Shown: one piece after another, positions 1 to 9,307 of the stretch
Numbering within the stretch: position 1 is the stretch's first letter
How the letters are laid out: each line of letters starts with the position of its first letter
From: an uncultured Candidatus Saccharibacteria bacterium
Lineage (GTDB): Bacteria > Patescibacteriota > Minisyncoccia > Ryanbacterales > 2-02-FULL-48-12
Length of the DNA stretch: 64,000 nt
NCBI GenBank assembly: GCA_964479945.1
Contig: CAYZNS010000002.1
Coordinates: forward strand, 13,172-77,171
Direction of reading: 5' to 3'
Made by a program: the position numbers and the translations under genes
Notes under the pieces: model-generated
What the model saw: only the letters and a program-made list of their open reading frames with translations
What the model was told of the DNA's origin: nothing
Databases searched by the model: none

Positions 1-902
1 CCGCCGCACTTATTCTTAATCGCCCAACGGCGCCAGTTCAGCTGCTCGGGTGATAGCTCGTAACATGCGACAATATTTTTTTCGTATTCAGTAAGCGTCT
101 CCATAAATCGAGCTTTTTCTTCATCAGAACTGAATCGCAGTGAATATTCGGGCATCAAGTACCATGGGAGAAAAATCAGCTCAAAATCATTTTCATTTGC
201 CGCCGCTTCTTCAACCATTTTGAAGAAATACGCGCCATCACCGCCAAAGCCGTTAGCAGTTGATTCCAAAAACACCATCGTATTTGGATTTTCTGGTATT
301 GCTTGCATAACAGCATTCATGAGTTCCTCCGCATTTTCCCAAAAAGCAACCTCGGACCCATGGAAGCAATGAAGTGTTAGGCCCCGGCCTACTTTCACTT
401 TACTTGCGGTGGCAATCACAATTTTTGATCGCAATCCCGGTTCGGTGGTTCTTGTTTTCTCATCAGGATTTTCAAACACCATTTGTTTTCTGTTGTCGTA
501 TCTGCGAAGCGGTTTTTGATTGGGCGGAAGCATGTCATAGAAAAGCTTGGACATCTGAAATATCGCGTCCGTTGATTCGGGTTCGTGCGCAACGATTAGC
601 GAGTGGGAATTTTCATGCCGCGCGGTATGCTCAAAAATAAGTGATTCGCAAAGCGTTGACACTCCTTCTTGCCGAGCTTTAAGGACAATGACGCGAATCG
701 GTTTCCCTTTATCCCGAAGTTTCTGAATCGTTTCGTAAATTAGCTGTTGAGCGCGATTAAACTTCAGCAAAATGACTTGCTGGTCTTTTGTTTTAATGTG
801 GAGGTTCTTCTCAATATAAATCCTCGGCTCCTCATCATAGCGCCGCACGATTTCTTTGAGGGCCTCTTCTTCGTTATTGATTTTGTTTGGTATTGTTGTC
901 AT
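1..902 (-). CDS. phage terminase large subunit, N-terminal part (ORF runs off window start)
   Basis: Minus-strand ORF from ATG at 902 to the window edge with no stop. It is absent from the ORF track because it is incomplete. Translation MTTIPNKINNEEEALKEIVRRYDEEPRIYIEKNLHIKTKDQQVILLKFNRAQQLIYETIQKLRDKGKPIRVIVLKARQEGVSTLCESLIFEH... carries the KARQxGxST Walker-A-like signature typical of terminase_6-type large subunits. Confidence 0.6.
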   Translation of the reverse strand, partial: MTTIPNKINNEEEALKEIVRRYDEEPRIYIEKNLHIKTKDQQVILLKFNRAQQLIYETIQKLRDKGKPIRVIVLKARQEGVSTLCESLIFEHTARHENSHSLIVAHEPESTDAIFQMSKLFYDMLPPNQKPLRRYDNRKQMVFENPDEKTRTTEPGLRSKIVIATASKVKVGRGLTLHCFHGSEVAFWENAEELMNAVMQAIPENPNTMVFLESTANGFGGDGAYFFKMVEEAAANENDFELIFLPWYLMPEYSLRFSSDEEKARFMETLTEYEKNIVACYELSPEQLNWRRWAIKNKCG

Positions 903-1311
903 ATTCTTTTCTTATTTCTCTTAATTGTTGTTCGTAGGAAAGATCGATCAGACCGAGATTTCCTTCATAACGCAGTGGTTGGGTTGGTTTACCGAGCAGT
1001 CGCTCGAGAATAGCAAGTACGGCCCGTAACTTTACTGCATCACTCGTGCTTGCCATTAACCCAAGAAGCATCCGAGCGGCAGTTTTGATTTCTCGGCGCA
1101 GTTCATCCAGCGCCTCCTGCTCTCGAAATTCGTTTTGCGAATCGCGGTATTCTTTGTACGCGTCAGCGAGCAACCCGCCTTCGGCAAACCATTTTTTGAT
1201 CGTATCAACAGGAACCTTTAGTGTTCGGGCGAGCATGGCATAATTTTCTCCTTCGTAGCGAAGACGGATCGCGTCCTGACATTTTTTACCTTGTGGATCG
1301 TATTTAGGCAT
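874..1311 (-). CDS. phage terminase small subunit-like / HTH DNA-binding protein
   Basis: 145-aa ORF immediately upstream of and overlapping the terminase large subunit. It has an N-terminal helix-turn-helix-like segment (LARTLKVPVDTIKKWF) and is charged and coiled. Gene order small then large terminase is the classical packaging module. Confidence 0.4.
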   Translation of the reverse strand: MPKYDPQGKKCQDAIRLRYEGENYAMLARTLKVPVDTIKKWFAEGGLLADAYKEYRDSQNEFREQEALDELRREIKTAARMLLGLMASTSDAVKLRAVLAILERLLGKPTQPLRYEGNLGLIDLSYEQQLREIRKEYDNNTKQNQ

Positions 1312-1340
1312 TTTAGTGCTTCTTGGTGCCGCTTGGTGCG

Positions 1341-2075
1341 CTATTTTGGCATTTCCATTGATTTTGAAATGACCTCTTTGCTTCCAACCAATGCGTCAAA
1401 TGATTCTTTTTCCATTTTTCCCGCATGCGCTCGTCTGTCTTTTAAGTCCTCCAGCGCGCGCTTTTTCGCGCAGTAATCTTCGTATGCTCGTATGTCGCCA
1501 ATCGCCCACCCGTATGCTGGCGAATCGTCTCTGACCCACCTTCTTGAAATTGCGCGTATCTCAAGGAGGTATTTGGTCAAAGACGCGTGCGAAAGTCCAA
1601 CGATATCATTGCGTATCCTTCCCGACATTCTGCTTTCTGGAAATCTATATTTTCCAAACTCCTGCGCGGGGATAACTTCTTTATCTTCGCCGTAATATGA
1701 GAGCGGATGCTTTAGTGGTTTTTTCTCTAAATTTTTGAGCATCTGTTCAAACTCTTTAATTTCTTCATCGGTATACGAAGTTTTCTGAAATCCCGGTTGG
1801 TGCTTTTCATCTTTGTCGAAGATCTCAATATTCGATGTTCTCAATAGATTGCCGCGCCACTCTATTTGCACGGGGCGATTTTTACTGGTGAGTACATCCA
1901 TTATTTTTTCGACCTCTTCGTTGGAAGGATAATATTTTATGACCACGAATTTTCCTTCCTCATTTTTAGTTGTGTAATGAATTATTTTGTTCATATTTTT
2001 ACGACTCGCTCTGTTCGAGCAATCATTTTTTCCAAGTTTTCGTCTATATACTTGTGTACGGTTTCCAATGTCCAT
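1341..2075 (-). CDS. hypothetical phage-module protein
   Basis: 244-aa ORF. It overlaps the next ORF by 85 bp, so the true start is probably an internal Met. No recognisable motifs. Confidence 0.3.
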   Translation of the reverse strand: MDIGNRTQVYRRKLGKNDCSNRASRKNMNKIIHYTTKNEEGKFVVIKYYPSNEEVEKIMDVLTSKNRPVQIEWRGNLLRTSNIEIFDKDEKHQPGFQKTSYTDEEIKEFEQMLKNLEKKPLKHPLSYYGEDKEVIPAQEFGKYRFPESRMSGRIRNDIVGLSHASLTKYLLEIRAISRRWVRDDSPAYGWAIGDIRAYEDYCAKKRALEDLKDRRAHAGKMEKESFDALVGSKEVISKSMEMPK

Positions 2076-2797
2076 TTGACCTCCAAATTTTTATCAAGCC
2101 ATTCCATAACTTCAGCAATACGGTTATCGGCATATCCTTTTAGCATTCCTGCAGCTCGCAAATCCCTCTTTATTCCCGAATTAAACTGATCCCTATTCTC
2201 AAATCGGAATTTTTTATGGAGATAGTAAAGCGCGATAATATGAAGGTCGCGTCTGTTTGCCGAAAGCATTTCTTTTAACTTATCTTCAAGACGCCATACC
2301 GCATCGGCGTTAGCCGATGCAATTTGGGTTTTCTTCAATGTGTTTACTTCAACCTTAGGTTCCTTATGCGGCAACTGGTGCCTCTGGTTTTTTGTCGTTA
2401 TTTGCCTCTGGGTAGTGTCGTGAGATGCCTCTGGTTTCCCAAAGGCATCAGTTGCCTCTGGCTTTTTCCACTCACTTCGATCAAGCAAGTAGTAAATGTT
2501 GTTTTTGAATTTTTTAGTTTCCCAATCCCTCTCGCGCTCTACAAAAATGATGTTCCATTTCTCAAGTTTTCTGATATAATTTCTCACCGTTCTTTCGCCA
2601 ATATTCAGTTCCTTGGCAATAAGTCGGTTGGATGGAAAGCATTTTTGACTGATATCCGCGTGCCTGCATAAGCTGACATAAATCGCAGTACCAATAGGCC
2701 CGAGAAATCGCGCAAAACCATTCAAATAATCATTATCGAGATAAAACCATCCTCGCTGGCGTTTATCTCGTATCTTAAAGGTTGCAGAGTCCTTCAT
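1991..2797 (-). CDS. winged-helix DNA-binding protein (phage replication/regulation module)
   Basis: 268 aa with an HTH segment LIAKELNIGERTVRNYIRKLEKWNII and a basic N-terminus. Sits in the phage-like gene block. Confidence 0.35.
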   Translation of the reverse strand: MKDSATFKIRDKRQRGWFYLDNDYLNGFARFLGPIGTAIYVSLCRHADISQKCFPSNRLIAKELNIGERTVRNYIRKLEKWNIIFVERERDWETKKFKNNIYYLLDRSEWKKPEATDAFGKPEASHDTTQRQITTKNQRHQLPHKEPKVEVNTLKKTQIASANADAVWRLEDKLKEMLSANRRDLHIIALYYLHKKFRFENRDQFNSGIKRDLRAAGMLKGYADNRIAEVMEWLDKNLEVKWTLETVHKYIDENLEKMIARTERVVKI

Positions 2798-3304
2798 GGT
2801 TTTGTTTGTTTTCTTTTTTTTCTTCAGGATCAGGCAAGGAAAGAAGTAAATCCCAAAGTTTTCTTAATTTTTCGTTTTTATCTGGAACTTCTTTATAAGC
2901 AACTTCTACCTGGAAGTTCGGCGTTCGTTTCTGCCGCATATATTTTGTTGCTTTTTTCAATGATCTCTTTTTTCAAGACCTCAAATGAAAAAAGAGATCG
3001 GCGTAAACAAAGAATGCACAGCTTAATGTGATCCTTTGTCGTCCCGACCTCTTCGGACGATGTCGCGGCTTGGGAGTTTTTTGTTAATTAATTTTTAATC
3101 TCCCAGACCGCGTGGATTATTCGATTTTTTACTTACGCTTCTGCTGTTTAGCAAAAGCGATACCTTTTCTGATCCTTGAGCGGTGTTCTTCTCTTATGAA
3201 CTCTCCAATCGCCTCAAGGAGCGACTGCAGAAATTTTTCTTTCGCATCCATAATTTTTCTACCTTTAATCTTTATGAATCACGCCCGGACCTCACGGGGG
3301 AAAT

Positions 3305-3838
3305 TCATTCCAACGGTTTCTGATTTAAAGTTTTCAGAATATCGTTGACAATATCGTTAACACTGACTTGCAATACGATTCCCATGCCACCCTGTTCGTT
3401 ATAAGCCAAAAGAATCATTTCATTAATGTTTTTATCCCCGTCAGAATTAAAGTAAAATCTATCTTTAAGATTCGTACTTAAAAATACTTTATGCCCAAGT
3501 GCCATTTGTTCTTTGACAAAATCAGACATTGACACCTCCCTTTCTTTCAACCAACTATAAAGATTTTTTAAATCAACGAACGGCAAACCAGTTTTCCGAA
3601 GTTTTGAAATTATGGCTAGCTGAATAGCGTTGGTGCCGGTGAACCTTCGCCAGCGCCAAGTTTCTGTTGATTCTCGCTTTTGAGCCGGCAAAATACCTTT
3701 CACATCCCAGTCATTAAGTTGCCGGTAAGTAAGTCCGCAGATCTCCTTTGTTTCTCTGGCAGTAAGCGTATTAGAGAGCAAGCTTTCCAAAATACCCCGC
3801 CTGAGCTCATATACTTCTTTAGTTTTTTGTTTAATCAT
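3305..3838 (-). CDS. MerR-like HTH protein
   Basis: 177 aa. N-terminal TARETKEICGLTYRQLNDWDVKGIL resembles the MerR-family HTH. Confidence 0.35.
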   Translation of the reverse strand: MIKQKTKEVYELRRGILESLLSNTLTARETKEICGLTYRQLNDWDVKGILPAQKRESTETWRWRRFTGTNAIQLAIISKLRKTGLPFVDLKNLYSWLKEREVSMSDFVKEQMALGHKVFLSTNLKDRFYFNSDGDKNINEMILLAYNEQGGMGIVLQVSVNDIVNDILKTLNQKPLE

Positions 3839-4045
3839 AGAATTATACCTTTATGTTCAATTTAATCATAGTAGCACAAATTATACCGTCAAGTATAATC
3901 CCTGTGGATAACTTTTAGTATCTCTGGAGAGACTATTAACTTCTCATTTCGCATCTGATACACTTTTGTTATATATCTGAAATGTGCCCAGCTCTTAAAA
4001 TTCGAGTTATTTGGCACCAAGGGTATTTGAGATTACAAAATCATC

Positions 4046-4078
4046 AAAAAATAAAGCCCGGTAAAGGCTTTATTTTGA
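4046..4078. terminator. rho-independent terminator hairpin (aaagcc-cggtaaa-ggcttt) flanked by A and T runs
   Basis: 6-bp GC-containing stem with a 7-nt loop. The T-run on the minus strand lies right after the stop of the 4102..5823 gene. Confidence 0.55.
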
Positions 4079-4101
4079 AAACAGAGCGCTAGACGGGGTG
4101 A

Positions 4102-5823
4102 TCATTTTACTTCCTTCTCGATATCCTCAATTTCTTTTCTCACAAATTTCTCCGCATCGTCTAAATCTCTCTTGAGCTGCTTGACGATCTTTTCTTCCTC
4201 ATCGGTTAGTTCTCTTTTGCTCTTTGTTTTTTCGAGCATTTTGATTTGCTCGCGAATGGCTTCTTTTAATAAATCGAATGCTTTGTGAAGCGCGTGTTCG
4301 GCTTCGCGGATTTCCTTTCTTACTCTTTTTCGCATAGTCGCAAATTTATGCCACCAATGCCACGACAAATACACAAGAAGAAGCACGAGCGCAATAAGCG
4401 GAACAACCACGGAGAGAAATCCTATAGCCCATGAGCCGACGCGGAGAAACGCGGGTCGCTCCACCGCTATAGTGACTTTTTCGCTCGATTCGCTTCTCGC
4501 GCCTCTCTCATCCGCTACTTCCGCCCATGCCGTATAAATGCCGCTTGATAATCTATCTTCGGCGACAAAAGTGAATTTCCCGTCTTTATCGCTTTTTACT
4601 GAATAACTTTTAGCTTCGTCCTTTTCGTGTTGGAGAGAAATATTTACTTGAGCGTTGGGGTATTTGGTTTTTCCTTTGATACTAAGAATTTCGCCGCTTG
4701 CGAGCTCCCTGGGATAATCAGTAATTGTTGGTGGTTCTAATGCCTCAACAACAAACTCCGCAGAATTCGCCAAAGAGTTGCCGGCTTTATCCACCGCTTT
4801 TGCAATCAATGTATGCTTTCCTGGCCTCAAAGCAGGAGTTTCGTATCTATGACTTCCGTCGTCTTGCCATACTTGCGGACTTTCGTTGTCGATTTGAATC
4901 TCGTAGTGATCTATGCCGGATGTTTTATCGCTCGCATCAAAAATGAATTTGGCGTGGGGATCAGTCAAATCTTTTCGCTCAACCTCGCTGATCTCAAAAC
5001 GAGTCGGTTTTTCTGTATCTATTTGAAACCTAAAATGCGAGACGCCGCCCCATCCTTCGGCATTGCGAAATCGCACATGGAAATAGTAAGCACCCTCAGC
5101 TAAATCCGTAAGCTCTTTGGAAGTAATCGACGTGGTATAAGTTACCGTGGGAATGGCCTGGGGAATTCTTCCTACAAGTAAGCGAACCGCAGTAGTATCT
5201 TTTGGCACATCCCAAGTAAATTTTGCCTCTTTTACCGCATACCATTTGTTTGGATCAGGATGAGTCGGCGAACTAATAGCTGGCGCTTCAGGAGTGCCTG
5301 CTACTTCAGCCGGCGTAACAATCTCTGGCGCTCCCGGCCCTACTACGCCTATTGAAAAATTGGCGTCTCCAAGTCCAGTCAAAATATTCGTTCCCTTGCC
5401 ATCATTCGCCAACGCCGAGCCGGAATAAAAAGTAATGGGAGCGCTGCCGGCCGCTTTGGTTTTGAAAGTAATATTGATGGCTTTACCGCTTGCGCCGGTA
5501 AAACCCGGGTTCAGAACTATTCCTTCAAAATTTATCGTCCCGGCGGAATTGGAAAAAGAGGGTTCCTGAACCCACAAGCTAAAAACAGAGCCGCTTTTAG
5601 AAAGTGATTCAACCGATAGTTTATCAGACGGAAATGAAATAACTCCCGAAGCCGCATTCATCGCCTGGTCAGCGCTTGAAACATAAACGCTTACCGTAAA
5701 TGAGGTGCCAACCGCATGCGTTCCAGAAGAAGGAGAAAAATACAAACTTGCCGCTTGAGCGGTTACTGGCAGAATACCAAAAATTACAAACAGCAACGCG
5801 CCGCCGATCAACAGAATTTTCAT
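4102..5823 (-). CDS. cohesin-like domain surface protein with C-terminal TM helix and coiled-coil tail
   Basis: Start moved to MKILLIGGALLFVIFGILPVTAQA (signal peptide; ATG at 5823). N-terminal beta-rich domain SFTVSVYVSSADQAMNAASGVISFPSDKLSV resembles a cohesin. A TM helix (IGFLSVVVPLIALVLLLVYL) precedes a charged coiled-coil C-terminus. Confidence 0.5.
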   Translation of the reverse strand: MKILLIGGALLFVIFGILPVTAQAASLYFSPSSGTHAVGTSFTVSVYVSSADQAMNAASGVISFPSDKLSVESLSKSGSVFSLWVQEPSFSNSAGTINFEGIVLNPGFTGASGKAINITFKTKAAGSAPITFYSGSALANDGKGTNILTGLGDANFSIGVVGPGAPEIVTPAEVAGTPEAPAISSPTHPDPNKWYAVKEAKFTWDVPKDTTAVRLLVGRIPQAIPTVTYTTSITSKELTDLAEGAYYFHVRFRNAEGWGGVSHFRFQIDTEKPTRFEISEVERKDLTDPHAKFIFDASDKTSGIDHYEIQIDNESPQVWQDDGSHRYETPALRPGKHTLIAKAVDKAGNSLANSAEFVVEALEPPTITDYPRELASGEILSIKGKTKYPNAQVNISLQHEKDEAKSYSVKSDKDGKFTFVAEDRLSSGIYTAWAEVADERGARSESSEKVTIAVERPAFLRVGSWAIGFLSVVVPLIALVLLLVYLSWHWWHKFATMRKRVRKEIREAEHALHKAFDLLKEAIREQIKMLEKTKSKRELTDEEEKIVKQLKRDLDDAEKFVRKEIEDIEKEVK

Positions 5824-6707
5824 TTTTTTAAATATATCCTCCATAAAAATTTTTTGATAGCGTAAGCAATGACGAGCCCTAATGTGATTATAATCCAATT
5901 CTCGTAATTTTCGTACCAGCGAAGCTGATTTTGCGGCAGAATTTTTTCAATTCGCGCATTGCCGGCTTTGTCAACGGCTTTCACAAAAATATAGCTTCTC
6001 AACTTTTGATCTCGCAGCGCGTATGGACTTTCCGATGAAATCCACCTTGAAAATGACTCAAAAATTCTGTATCGTGTCTCTCGTATTTCGTAACGGTCAA
6101 TACCAAATCCCTTGTCTTGCGTCGCAAAAACCAAAAACCACTTGCCGTCAAATAGGGCGGGATCGCGCGCGATCTCTGGCTTAAACGATTCTGGCAGTTC
6201 TTGATCTTTTGGTTCTTTTTTGGGCGGCAAAGACAAATCCTGGCTTGTAACAACGATTTTAAGAGGAGAAACGGAAATATTGGCCGCAGTACCATTACCG
6301 TCATTCAAGAGGGCTTTTATATTTTGCATCTCCAGTTTTCCGTTGCCTTCGTTCTTCGCTAAAAAAGTAATTCTGAAGATGAGTCCTCTTTTGCCAACAA
6401 ATCCGCCGGGCGTGATACCGGAAAAGACGATTTCATTTTCGACACGACGCGACGGCCTCTCTACCCAAAAATTAACAATAGAATTTCCGTCATTTAATTC
6501 TTTGAACTCCAAAAGGCCGGCTGGAAATCGCAGGACGCCCTCAATGGCGTTGATGTTTTCGCTTTCCGCATTCAAGAAAACGCCGACTTCAAATTCCGTA
6601 TTCGCTTTAACTTTTCTGGTATCGGCGTCATAAAAAATCTCCGCCGCAAAAAGGTGGTACGGAAAAAGAAATGCTATGCTTAACAAAATAAATAAAATCT
6701 TTTTCAT
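5820..6707 (-). CDS. cohesin-like domain protein with signal peptide and C-terminal TM anchor
   Basis: Signal peptide MKKILFILLSIAFLFPYHLFAA. Domain EFEVGVFLNAESENINAIEGVLRFPAGLLEFKEL is cohesin-like. C-terminal TM helix WIIITLGLVIAYAI. Confidence 0.5.
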   Translation of the reverse strand: MKKILFILLSIAFLFPYHLFAAEIFYDADTRKVKANTEFEVGVFLNAESENINAIEGVLRFPAGLLEFKELNDGNSIVNFWVERPSRRVENEIVFSGITPGGFVGKRGLIFRITFLAKNEGNGKLEMQNIKALLNDGNGTAANISVSPLKIVVTSQDLSLPPKKEPKDQELPESFKPEIARDPALFDGKWFLVFATQDKGFGIDRYEIRETRYRIFESFSRWISSESPYALRDQKLRSYIFVKAVDKAGNARIEKILPQNQLRWYENYENWIIITLGLVIAYAIKKFLWRIYLKK

Positions 6708-6714
6708 ATTTGAT

Positions 6715-8199
6715 TTATCCCGTCCAATAAAATGCCATAATACTAAAATCGATCAAATCTACTTTACCGTCGCCATTCAAATCAACTGAAGCAGGGGGCA
6801 ATGATCGCTTGTACCAATATGCGGCAATGGAAAAATCAACGAGGTTAACTCGCCTGTCATTGTTCATATCGCCTTTCGTGACAACCTTGGGCAATTCGGC
6901 CGCAATATTTTTTGTGCCAACGAGAAAGCTGATGGCCTTACTAAAAGAACTAATCGCACCCTCTTTGGCCGCTTTTGATTTTGTGAAATGCTGACCCATA
7001 TCCAGTTGAGTAGTATCAAAGTTGTAAAGATACGCGCCGTTCGGATCAGCGGCAGTTTTTCCAAAAAATTCTTCCTCCGAACTAACGGCAATAGTAATCT
7101 CTCCGCTTGGCACACTTTGTCCGAAAATCGCGATGTTGTCGCCCCGCTTCACCTCACTCTTATCAACCGCAATGGTGGGCGCAATGAAAACGCCGCCAAT
7201 GTTAGTAGTGGCGCCGGAAGTAACGCTTACAGGAAAAGTTAAAAGAGATGAGCGGATTCCTTTGCCATCTTCCGAATAAACGCTAAAGATATAATTGCCG
7301 CTGGAAATGCTGGTAACGCTCACTGAAAAGTTGGCATTTGCGTCAGCAACCGTAGTTGCCGCAATTTGCGCATCTTTCAAAACTGTTATCGTGCTTTTGG
7401 GGTAAGCTCTGCCAGAAAAAGTAACACCGGTAGTTGGAGCGGTATAGCCACCGCCCCCACCGCCTCCGCCACCTCCACCACCGCCGCTGGATGGAGTGGG
7501 AGTAGGCGCTGGCGCTGGATCAGTTTCGTTATTATCGCTTGTTGAAGAACATCCCGGATCGGCAGAGTAATCTGTTTTCCCATCACCATCATTATCAACG
7601 CCGTCAGAACAGGCCGGCGCGCCAAAAATACCAAACGAACTAAAAGTTGAGGTGGCAAAAGTAATAGTATTCGCAGCCGTATTCACCGTACTCCCGGAAA
7701 TCAAACTCCATGAAGAATCATTAGTGCCTCTGCGATATGGCGCGATAGTGCTTTCATTAAGTCCGCTCACATCGGAATCTAAATAATGCATCACGAGTGT
7801 GGGAGCAGAAGAAAGCGTTGATACTGAGCCGCCTGTAGTAGTAAAAAAATTAAAATCATATGCCTTGCCGACAAAGCTTTTGCCGGAAGGCGGAGGTTTT
7901 TGCGACTCAAAAGTGGCTTGATCGTATTGAAATATTTTTAGTTCGAGATTCTCTGAATAAAAATCTGTCGGAAGCGTAAAGTTAATTTGCGTATTGTCAA
8001 CTGCCGTAAATGTAAAATCCCCACCACTGCCAAAAGAAAAAGTTGTGGTGGCGGTTTTTTCAGGAACAAACGCGTAAATTGTTACCTCTCCCTGAAGAGC
8101 GTACGCGGTATGCGCAAAAAAACTCGCGCTTGAGAAAATTGCAAGGCCGAAAACGAACCAGAAAAATGAAATTTTTGTAAAAATTGCGTTGCATCGCAT
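6715..8199 (-). CDS. secreted dockerin-containing protein with Cys-DGxDNDxDG loop and poly-Gly linker
   Basis: Signal peptide present. ACSDGVDNDGDGKTDYSADPGC is a calcium-binding loop. A 13-residue Gly run is encoded by (GGN)13 at ~7450-7490. The C-terminus has two canonical type-I dockerin repeats: DMNNDRRVNLVDFSI and DLNGDGKVDLIDFSI (DxNxDxxVNxxD pattern). Confidence 0.6.
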   Translation of the reverse strand: MRCNAIFTKISFFWFVFGLAIFSSASFFAHTAYALQGEVTIYAFVPEKTATTTFSFGSGGDFTFTAVDNTQINFTLPTDFYSENLELKIFQYDQATFESQKPPPSGKSFVGKAYDFNFFTTTGGSVSTLSSAPTLVMHYLDSDVSGLNESTIAPYRRGTNDSSWSLISGSTVNTAANTITFATSTFSSFGIFGAPACSDGVDNDGDGKTDYSADPGCSSTSDNNETDPAPAPTPTPSSGGGGGGGGGGGGGYTAPTTGVTFSGRAYPKSTITVLKDAQIAATTVADANANFSVSVTSISSGNYIFSVYSEDGKGIRSSLLTFPVSVTSGATTNIGGVFIAPTIAVDKSEVKRGDNIAIFGQSVPSGEITIAVSSEEEFFGKTAADPNGAYLYNFDTTQLDMGQHFTKSKAAKEGAISSFSKAISFLVGTKNIAAELPKVVTKGDMNNDRRVNLVDFSIAAYWYKRSLPPASVDLNGDGKVDLIDFSIMAFYWTG

Positions 8200-8205
8200 T
8201 GCATT

Positions 8206-9273
8206 CTATTGAAATTTACCGCTTTGCGCCTTTTTGATAATCCAGCGGTTATATTTTTTAAGCCCAACAAACGCGAGAAAGCCTATGATTCCTAAAATAA
8301 CGATTATAATGCTCAATAACTGCCACGGCACTACAAAAAAGCGATAGCTTGCCTCGGCCTTATTAGTCGCTTCTGCCTCGGAAAGTTTGCCATAAGTAAG
8401 ATTAAGCTCCGCTTTGTATGGACCTAAGGCGAAATTTTTCCACTGATTCTTTACAGCGGCAAAAAATCCTTGCCCATCCTTTGTGGTTTCTTCTGTCGCC
8501 GTGACGGCAGTTTTATCTTGCTGATTTTCTCCAGACCAAACAACCGAAAACTTTCTGATGCTTCCCGGCAAAATATTGCCACTTTGCGGATTAGCATTCA
8601 GCGTTACCGTGGTAAATCCAAACAAATTTTTAACCTTCAATTCGCCAGTCGGCTTCACCCGTTCCGACCCATCGTTGGAAAAACGATAAACAAAAACTAT
8701 CGGCAAAGAATTTACAAAACGACCACCCTCTTCAATCTTGAAGTCCAATAAGCCGCCGCCTTCTTTGAGCTCGCCTTTAACGCTCAAAAGAATAAGTACG
8801 CCCAATTTCCCTCCAATAGACACCTGCCCGCTGCCCTGCTGCCCCGCGGGGGAAGTCCCCCATAAAACAGCGGCAAAATAACCGCCAGCTTCAGTTTTTG
8901 CTGGTATTTGGATAGTGAATGGAATTTTCGTTCTTTCCCCGGCTTTTAAGGTGACGCTTTCCTGAACACTGATCCAAGAAGCAAGTCCCTTGTTAGTGTC
9001 AGGTAAAAAATACGGTGCGCCGCTCTCTCCTCTCGCTTCAAAATTGGCCGCGGATGAATAAAAAGTTTTTGTTTCGTCTTGCTCATTAAATAATTCAAGT
9101 GTGTCGCCCAGAGTTTGCCCCGGATCGCCTGAAATTTCCATTCTTACAGGAGAAATAGTCAAAGCAAAAACCGGCTGAATTAACATCAGCCCGATACCAA
9201 AAAATAAAATTATCGCAAGCCCAGTTAGACAAACGCGCCGTCTGTCTAACGAGGCGAGTAGGAAATATCTCAT
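8206..9273 (-). CDS. CscA/DUF916-like (WxL-interacting-like) surface protein with C-terminal TM anchor
   Basis: N-terminal signal/TM segment, a beta-rich ectodomain, a C-terminal TM helix (LLSIIIVILGIIGFLAFVGL) and a basic tail. Its position next to two proteins sharing a C-terminal domain mirrors the cscA position in Lactobacillales csc/WxL loci. The family assignment is from memory and is low-confidence. Confidence 0.35.
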   Translation of the reverse strand: MRYFLLASLDRRRVCLTGLAIILFFGIGLMLIQPVFALTISPVRMEISGDPGQTLGDTLELFNEQDETKTFYSSAANFEARGESGAPYFLPDTNKGLASWISVQESVTLKAGERTKIPFTIQIPAKTEAGGYFAAVLWGTSPAGQQGSGQVSIGGKLGVLILLSVKGELKEGGGLLDFKIEEGGRFVNSLPIVFVYRFSNDGSERVKPTGELKVKNLFGFTTVTLNANPQSGNILPGSIRKFSVVWSGENQQDKTAVTATEETTKDGQGFFAAVKNQWKNFALGPYKAELNLTYGKLSEAEATNKAEASYRFFVVPWQLLSIIIVILGIIGFLAFVGLKKYNRWIIKKAQSGKFQ

Positions 9274-9307
9274 ATCGAAATCCGAAAAATTTTAATTCCT
9301 CGCCTCG

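Larger units (their letters stand above)
1..3900 (-). mobile_element. right end of a prophage-like module (replication/regulation genes then terminase small and large); continues beyond window start
   Basis: Co-oriented block of a terminase pair plus small HTH proteins. An AT-rich 260-bp gap follows at 3840-4100. Confidence 0.4.
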
